Part shown: in pieces, positions 58,372 to 64,000 of the stretch | How positions within the stretch are numbered: position 1 is the stretch's first letter | How the letters are laid out: every line of letters starts with the position of its first letter | Source: an uncultured archaeon | Lineage (GTDB): Archaea; Iainarchaeota; Iainarchaeia; Iainarchaeales; 1-14-0-10-31-34 | Length of the DNA: 64,000 nucleotides | Reading direction: 5' to 3' | Assembly (NCBI GenBank): GCA_964608675.1 | Contig: CAZSOZ010000003.1 | Location: forward strand, 32,001 to 96,000 | Translations under genes and position numbers: made by a program | Notes under the pieces: generated by a model | What the model was told of the DNA's origin: nothing | The model's input: only the letters and a program-made list of their open reading frames with translations | Database searches by the model: none

Positions 58372-58836
58372 TCATCCTTCCAAAAAAAATTTAATTTCCT
58401 TTATTATTTCAGTGTTATTTTGTTTTACTTCAACAAAATTTCTTGCTTTTTTTATTGCATTTCCTAAATTTTTCACAGTTTTTTCCATTACAGCTTTGTT
58501 TTCTTTTTCTAATGCTTTAGCCAAATCAATTTGATGGTTGTTAACGTGTTCTTTGAATTTTTTTTCTCTAGGCACAATCACAATAGGCTTTCTGTTTTTT
58601 AATGAATTAATTATTGAACCTGCGCCTCCATGAGTTATTACAAGACTGCTTTCTTTTATTTTTTTTTCCATTTCTTGTGGAAAAAAAAATTTTTTCCATT
58701 TACAGTTTTTTGGTTTTATTTTAGAGTTTCCTGTTTGAATCAAAAAATTTTCTTCAAAACTTTCTGCCAGTTTATCTATTGCTTTAATTAACCTGTCAAA
58801 TCCCTGATTATGTGTTCCTGTTAAAACTAAAATCAA
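58372..58836 (-). CDS. Alg13/PssE(CpsG)-like GT28 catalytic subunit
   Basis: TGTH..FDRL, QTG, THGGAGS, PR...EHVNNHQ. Confidence 0.9.
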   Translation of the reverse strand: MILVLTGTHNQGFDRLIKAIDKLAESFEENFLIQTGNSKIKPKNCKWKKFFFPQEMEKKIKESSLVITHGGAGSIINSLKNRKPIVIVPREKKFKEHVNNHQIDLAKALEKENKAVMEKTVKNLGNAIKKARNFVEVKQNNTEIIKEIKFFLEG

Positions 58837-59279
58837 AAAACCGCCCCTTTAAATTTTGCTTTGGGATAAAACTTTAAGTTTTCTTTCCATTGAACTAAAA
58901 ACAAGTCAGCAAACTTGTATGCAATTTTTCCTGAAAAAGAAGGTTTTTTTATTCTGCAAAAGCTTTCAATAAAAACAGTTTTTTTTCCCATTAATTTTGC
59001 AATAAATAATGCAGGCAAAGCTATTCCTGCTCCGGTTGAAATAATTGCATCAGGTTTTTCTTTTAATAAAATTTTAAGGCTTTGAAAAAAATTCCATGCA
59101 AACTTGAACGGATTCCTTTTAGGGTCAACTACAAAATAAACTTTGTTTTTTTCTGCTAATTCAATTGAATCAAATCTTTTAAAAGTAATAAAAAAATGTT
59201 CATGTTTTTTGTAGTATTCTTCAATCTGCTTTATTTCAGTTAAATGTCCTCCTGCAGAACACGCAATGCACAACTTCAT
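58833..59279 (-). CDS. Alg14/PssD(CpsF)-like GT subunit
   Basis: SAGGHL, STGAGIA, FIESFCR..PS.SG, VQW. Confidence 0.9.
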   Translation of the reverse strand: MKLCIACSAGGHLTEIKQIEEYYKKHEHFFITFKRFDSIELAEKNKVYFVVDPKRNPFKFAWNFFQSLKILLKEKPDAIISTGAGIALPALFIAKLMGKKTVFIESFCRIKKPSFSGKIAYKFADLFLVQWKENLKFYPKAKFKGAVF

Positions 59280-60271
59280 ATTAACCCTGTATTAATTAAA
59301 ATAATTGTTATAATACAAATTACTGTCTGACTTCCTAAAATGATTCCTACAACTTGTTTTTCTGTAAAACTTCCTTGTTTCATTATCCACTGAGTTAATG
59401 AACCGCCTTCAGGCCTTGGCTTTAATTTTCCGTTTTCCTGTGGGATTCCAAAACAATGGCTTTGAAATTTATGTTTTGCTTTGAATCCTAATTCAACAAA
59501 AAACAATGCCATTAAAATTACTCCGATTTTTTCAATGTTTCCCACAATAACTGAAGCTGCAACTGTTGCTCCAAGCATTAAAGTTAATGAATCCCCTGGA
59601 AAAATTTTTGCCTGAAACCAATTGAATTTCAAGAAAGCTAAAATTGCTCCAAGCATTGCAATCAAGAAAAAAATCACTTCAATATTTCCTGAAATAAAAG
59701 CAAAATAAAGCAAAGTAGAAATTATTAATGTGCCTAAACCTGCTTCTAATCCATTCATTCCTGCCAGCATATTGAATGCATTTGATGCTCCTGTAATTCC
59801 CAAAGGAATCATTACAAGAGAATAAAAAATGCCTAAATCTACTATTATTATAAATGGAATTGACATATAACTGTCTCCAACTGAAACTGCCATTAAAGGA
59901 AGTGCAGCAAAAACCGGAAACAATGCATGTTGCCACTGTCTTATTCCTTTTCTCCATCCAATTAAATCATCCACTAATCCAATAAATCCAATTAATAAAA
60001 CAGTCATAAACATTGCAAGAAAAGCAGTTAAATTAATTTTAATTAATTCAAGGTAAGTGGAAATAAAAATTGTTAGTATTATTCCTGTACTGAAACCAAA
60101 AATAACGCTTATGCCTCCCATTTCTGCTACCTGTGGTTTATTGAATTTGTTCATGTCTTTTCCTGTAAGGTTTCGCATATGCATTCTTTTGATTATAAAA
60201 GGAGTAATAATAAAACTTACTCCAAAAGACGCAGTAAAAATCAAAATAAAAGAAAGCAATTCAAACAACAT
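59276..60271 (-). CDS. aglH: UDP-GlcNAc:polyprenol-phosphate GlcNAc-1-P transferase (Alg7/AglH, MraY-like)
   Basis: GKDMNK...VAEMGG, GLVDD, NAFNMLAGMNGLEAG, FNW..AKIFPGDS. Confidence 0.88.
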   Translation of the reverse strand: MLFELLSFILIFTASFGVSFIITPFIIKRMHMRNLTGKDMNKFNKPQVAEMGGISVIFGFSTGIILTIFISTYLELIKINLTAFLAMFMTVLLIGFIGLVDDLIGWRKGIRQWQHALFPVFAALPLMAVSVGDSYMSIPFIIIVDLGIFYSLVMIPLGITGASNAFNMLAGMNGLEAGLGTLIISTLLYFAFISGNIEVIFFLIAMLGAILAFLKFNWFQAKIFPGDSLTLMLGATVAASVIVGNIEKIGVILMALFFVELGFKAKHKFQSHCFGIPQENGKLKPRPEGGSLTQWIMKQGSFTEKQVVGIILGSQTVICIITIILINTGLI

Positions 60272-60319
60272 TCATTTCACTTTTTTAATAATTGAAATAA
60301 AAAAAATTAATGGATTTCT

Positions 60320-60345
60320 TTTTTAAATAAAAAATTGGTACAAAA
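60320..60345 (-). promoter_or_regulatory. TTTTGTACCAA motif plus TATA box upstream of the aglH operon
   Basis: Minus strand reads TTTTGTACCAATTTTTTATTTAAAAA. Confidence 0.6.
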
Positions 60346-60360
60346 CTAGTTTTAAAGTCT

Positions 60361-62325
60361 TTATTTTACTTTAAAGATTTTGACTCCTGTGTTTTCATAC
60401 ACTACAGGAAAATAATCAATTGTTGGGTCTTCAAACCAAATCTTTACAATCATTGTTTTGTTTGCCGGAGCATTAAACATGTAAAGCCTTGTATTGTCTT
60501 TGTCTCTGTAAATAAATCCAGGAACAGTTTCGCTGAACATAGTGTTCGGCTGACTAACATAATGAGTAGGCAGTGAATTCATTTGCTGCTGGCTTAAAGT
60601 GTTTGACCCGCAGGAATACGTTATTGCTCCGCTTAATTTATCCTGAGTTGAAGAACAATTAAATTCTCTTCCAAAATAACTTCCCAGAAACTGATTCTTT
60701 TTTTCAGGTTCATCTAAATAAGCATAAACTACCATTGAATTCTGTTTTGTAAGCAAATCAGACCCAAAAATAATGTAATCAGAATCATATTGTTTTACTA
60801 TTTCATATGCTTTGTTTTCGTCTTGGCTTAAAATAAATTTTGCTACCTGAATGTCTGCATTTAAGTCAAGGTTTCTGTTGTCAATTAATGCAGGTCTTTC
60901 TCCAATAAAAGTAATCCAGTGCCCTTCATCCCACCAATTAAACATTTTTGAGTTTTCAGGAGTATTTTCGCTTAACCATTTTAATGCAGGCTTCCAGCCG
61001 TAAGTGTATTCAATGTTTGGTGCATTCTGAGTCATAAAAAAAGTTCCTGAAGCAATTCCAATCAGCAAAAGAAATCCAAAAGCAACAGCAACAACTTTTT
61101 TTTCAAACAAAGTCCTTGATTTCATGAATTCAAAAACATGATATGCAGTAAGCCCTGCTCCGACTGCAACAGCTAAACCAAAAGTATAAGTAAATTTTAG
61201 TTTGCTCGAAGCCATAAACAAAGTTATTGCAACCCAGTAAAATATAATGAAAGCAAAATAATCAGATGAATTCCATTCCCTTTTTTCTTTTAAATTAAAA
61301 ACAAAATTCAGTATTGGAAAAACAATAAATCTCCATAAAACAAGAATTAATGCAAGAATTGGAAAAATAATTAAGGCATTATATTTTGTTCCAAAAAACT
61401 GTATTCCTGTATTTTCTTCTCCTACAGTCATTCCGAATATTCCTTCTCTTCCTCCTTCTCCTGTAAATCTTTCAATATTTTCTTGATTAATTGGAATATA
61501 TTTTACAATATATTCAATGTCTCTTTTAATCCATTGACCGTTATCTTTTGCTGTTGCAATAACTCCAAACAAAACAAAAACAATAACAAAAATTTTTCCT
61601 AAATGCATTATTTTTTTTGATTCAATTTTATTGAACCACATTAAAACAATTGTTGTAATTATATAAAACACTAAAATAAGCGGAATCAGCATAAACATTT
61701 CCCATGTCCAAGCCATTATTCCAAAAAATAATGCAGACAAAACTGCATTTTTAATTGAATTCCTATTAAAATTCATTTCTTTTACTGCTTTAACAAAAAA
61801 ATAGAATCCGATTACCATCCATAAAAATCCAAGTGCATCATCTTCAAATTGTCCTGCCATTGTCCTGTAAACAAATGCAGGAGTAACAGCAGCAATAAAA
61901 GCTGCAATATAACCGGTTTTCCTGTTATAAATTTCTTTGAAAAAAAAATACATTGCAACAGAAATTAATGCTCCATAAAATGCAGGCAAAAATTTAACGA
62001 ATGCAATCCATAATTCTTTATCATACCCTATTAACCCTAAAGTAAAAATTGAATAAAATGCTGTAGACAAAAACCAGAATACTGGTGCAATTTTCCAGCC
62101 AATATTTGATCCTTCCATTTGATAGTAAGCTAAAGGATCTTTGTCAGGAACTCCTTCTCCCTGCAAAATATAGCTTCCGACTCTTGCATGCCAGTAAGTG
62201 TCAAATTCAAAAAACAATTCGTATTTCATTAAATTAGCTCTTATTCCAAAAGCTAACAAAAACAATAAAATCAAAATAAACAAGTGTTTTTTGTTTATGG
62301 AAGAAATTTTTTCTCTTAAATCCAT
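60361..62325 (-). CDS. aglB: STT3/AglB oligosaccharyltransferase
   Basis: EFDTYWH, RTMAGQFEDD, TVGEE, about 13 TM segments, WWDEGHWI in the C-terminal domain, VKIFKV end. Confidence 0.93.
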   Translation of the reverse strand: MDLREKISSINKKHLFILILLFLLAFGIRANLMKYELFFEFDTYWHARVGSYILQGEGVPDKDPLAYYQMEGSNIGWKIAPVFWFLSTAFYSIFTLGLIGYDKELWIAFVKFLPAFYGALISVAMYFFFKEIYNRKTGYIAAFIAAVTPAFVYRTMAGQFEDDALGFLWMVIGFYFFVKAVKEMNFNRNSIKNAVLSALFFGIMAWTWEMFMLIPLILVFYIITTIVLMWFNKIESKKIMHLGKIFVIVFVLFGVIATAKDNGQWIKRDIEYIVKYIPINQENIERFTGEGGREGIFGMTVGEENTGIQFFGTKYNALIIFPILALILVLWRFIVFPILNFVFNLKEKREWNSSDYFAFIIFYWVAITLFMASSKLKFTYTFGLAVAVGAGLTAYHVFEFMKSRTLFEKKVVAVAFGFLLLIGIASGTFFMTQNAPNIEYTYGWKPALKWLSENTPENSKMFNWWDEGHWITFIGERPALIDNRNLDLNADIQVAKFILSQDENKAYEIVKQYDSDYIIFGSDLLTKQNSMVVYAYLDEPEKKNQFLGSYFGREFNCSSTQDKLSGAITYSCGSNTLSQQQMNSLPTHYVSQPNTMFSETVPGFIYRDKDNTRLYMFNAPANKTMIVKIWFEDPTIDYFPVVYENTGVKIFKVK

Positions 62326-62408
62326 CTGTACCTATAAAAGAAAATTAAGCAAATGATTTAAATATACGTTTTTTTTATAAGGGAATTTTAAAAATAAAAA
62401 AAACAAAG

Positions 62409-63368
62409 TCATTTAACATAACTTTTTTGGCTTTGCTTTAATCCTTTGCTTTTCATCCATTCAATTGTTTTCTTTAATCCTTCATCAAGTTCAATTTTTG
62501 TTTTAAATCCCAGTTCTTTTTCTGACATACTTGTATCTGCAATAATTGAATCAATTTCTCCTGTTGCGGTTTCTCCGTGTTCAGGTTCAATTTTTTTTCC
62601 CAATACTTGGTTGATTTTTTCAATTAATTCATTCAAATTAATGCCTTTTCCAGTTCCTATATTGTATGATTTTCCTTTTGCTTTTTCTCCTGCTTTCATT
62701 GCTTTAATTAATCCGTCTGCTATGTCTTCAACAAAAACAAAATCTCTTGACTGCTTTCCGTCACCGCTTACATAAGGTTGTTTATTTTGCATAATCAAAT
62801 TAGCAAAAATTGACAAAACCCTGCTCTGCATTCTTGGGCCGTAAGCATTAAAAATTCTTAAACAAACTGTATCCAGTTCATGTACTTCAGTAAAAAACCT
62901 GCAGTAAAATTCTCCAACTTGTTTTGTTAAGCCATAAGGAGTATTTGGTTTTAACGGCAGTGATTCAGGGATAGGGATTTTTTGTGCTTTGCCGTAAACC
63001 ACACAACTGCTTGGAAAAATAACTCTTTTAACTGAATTTTCTTTTGCAGACTTTAATACATTCAAAGTTCCATCAATATTATTTTTATTGTATTCTGCAG
63101 GCTTTTTTATTGATTCTCCGACATAACTGAATGCAGCTAAATGAAAAACATAGTCAGCTTCTTTTAATGCTTCACTTGTTTCCTGCAGATTGCATATGTT
63201 CCCTTGGATTACTTTAATTTTGTTTTTTACATTCTCTAAGTTTTCTTTGAAGCCGGTTGAAAAATCATCAAAAACAGTTATTTCATAATTTTTTTCTTCA
63301 AGCAGTTTTTCAATCAAAGTTGATCCAATGAATCCTGCTCCTCCTGTAATCAGAATTCTTTCATTCAT
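62409..63368 (-). CDS. NAD-dependent epimerase/dehydratase (UDP-glucose 4-epimerase-like)
   Basis: GGAGFIG, HLAA, YGLTK, FNAYGP, QSRDFVFV. Confidence 0.88.
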   Translation of the reverse strand: MNERILITGGAGFIGSTLIEKLLEEKNYEITVFDDFSTGFKENLENVKNKIKVIQGNICNLQETSEALKEADYVFHLAAFSYVGESIKKPAEYNKNNIDGTLNVLKSAKENSVKRVIFPSSCVVYGKAQKIPIPESLPLKPNTPYGLTKQVGEFYCRFFTEVHELDTVCLRIFNAYGPRMQSRVLSIFANLIMQNKQPYVSGDGKQSRDFVFVEDIADGLIKAMKAGEKAKGKSYNIGTGKGINLNELIEKINQVLGKKIEPEHGETATGEIDSIIADTSMSEKELGFKTKIELDEGLKKTIEWMKSKGLKQSQKSYVK

Positions 63369-63449
63369 AGAAAAAGATTTCTTTCTGAAAATATTTTTAA
63401 AGTGTTGTCTGCTAGTTTTTTCTTAGAGCTGATTATTTAAAGGGATTAA

Positions 63450-64000
63450 ATGTATTTTAAAGTTAAAGAATGCAGGGTTTGCGGTTCAAAAGAATTAGAA
63501 AAATATTTGAGTTTAGGAAGCATTCCTTTGGCAAACAATTTAGTTAAAGCAGACAAAACTGATTCAGATTTATTTTTTCCTTTAGAAGTACTTTTATGCA
63601 AGAAATGTTTTTTGTCTCAGTTAAGTGTTGTAATTGACCCAAAACTCTTGTTTTCTGATTATGCTTACAGGACTTCAATTTCTTCCACTTTTCAAAAACA
63701 TTTTGCTTTAATGGCAAAATTCATTGAAAAAAATTTTCCTCACACAAAAAATTCTCTTGTAATAGATATTGCCAGCAACGACGGATGCATGCTTCAGCAA
63801 TTCAAAAAACAAGGTTTTAATGTACTTGGAATTGATCCGGCAGTAAATTTAGCTAAAATTGCTGAAGAACAGGGAATTCCAACTTTAATTGAATTCTGGA
63901 ACAAGCAGACAGCAGAAAAAATTGTTTCAGAACAAGGAAAAGCAAAAATAGTTGCAGCTTCAAATGTTTTTGCACATGTTCATGACATACATCATTTTTT
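63450..64000 (+). CDS. Second NDP-sugar C-methyltransferase, 3'-truncated by the window edge
   Basis: ATG at 63450: MYFKVKECRVCGS...PLAN...PLEVLLCKKCFLSQL...YAYRTS...DIASNDG...NVFAHV. Absent from the supplied ORF track because it has no stop in the window. Confidence 0.9.
   Translation, partial: MYFKVKECRVCGSKELEKYLSLGSIPLANNLVKADKTDSDLFFPLEVLLCKKCFLSQLSVVIDPKLLFSDYAYRTSISSTFQKHFALMAKFIEKNFPHTKNSLVIDIASNDGCMLQQFKKQGFNVLGIDPAVNLAKIAEEQGIPTLIEFWNKQTAEKIVSEQGKAKIVAASNVFAHVHDIHHF

Noticed and set aside
59276-60271. MraY / peptidoglycan synthesis
   Set aside because: The motifs fit the GPT/AglH subfamily, the gene neighbours aglB, and no mur genes are present in the window.
1-64000. CRISPR array, rRNA, IS element or integrase
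   Set aside because: No regularly spaced repeats, rRNA-like GC-rich stretch or transposase/integrase ORF was seen.

Overview
AT-rich, very compact archaeal DNA, most likely from a DPANN genome. The archaeal assignment rests on an A1:U72 tRNA-Gln without encoded CCA, TATA/BRE-type promoters, GGTGA-type SD sites, PAC2, geranylgeranyl reductase and AglB. An Iainarchaeota/Diapherotrites-like origin is only my inference. The first ~27 kb holds class III signal peptide (pilin-like) genes, a 1490-aa anchored surface protein, a Tad/T4P ATPase with two T2SSF membrane genes, very basic orphan proteins, uppS, tRNA-Gln with a decayed gene and a RelE toxin-antitoxin pair, GGR, an FnIII surface glycoprotein, an OPT transporter, lemA-htpX and mtnP-apt. 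From ~27.7 kb to the end is one large glycosylation island: nucleotide-sugar synthesis (ugd, galU, UXS, rmlCBDA, wecB, tyvelose-epimerase-like), C-/O-methyl-, amino- and formyl-transferases, an HpnJ-like B12 radical SAM enzyme, many glycosyltransferases, a flippase and an aglB-aglH-alg14-alg13 block. The best candidate for an undescribed system is a regulatory circuit in this island. Two paralogous ribbon-helix-helix/nucleotidyltransferase fusions, one with a degenerate catalytic motif, both carry the same TCATA-N5-TCATA-N5-TATGA site over their start codons. A second palindrome, TTTTG-TAC-CAAAA, sits just upstream of the TATA box at four glycosylation promoters. A small structured ncRNA candidate with its own promoter lies at ~14.1 kb. 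All calls come from motif recognition by eye; no searches were run.
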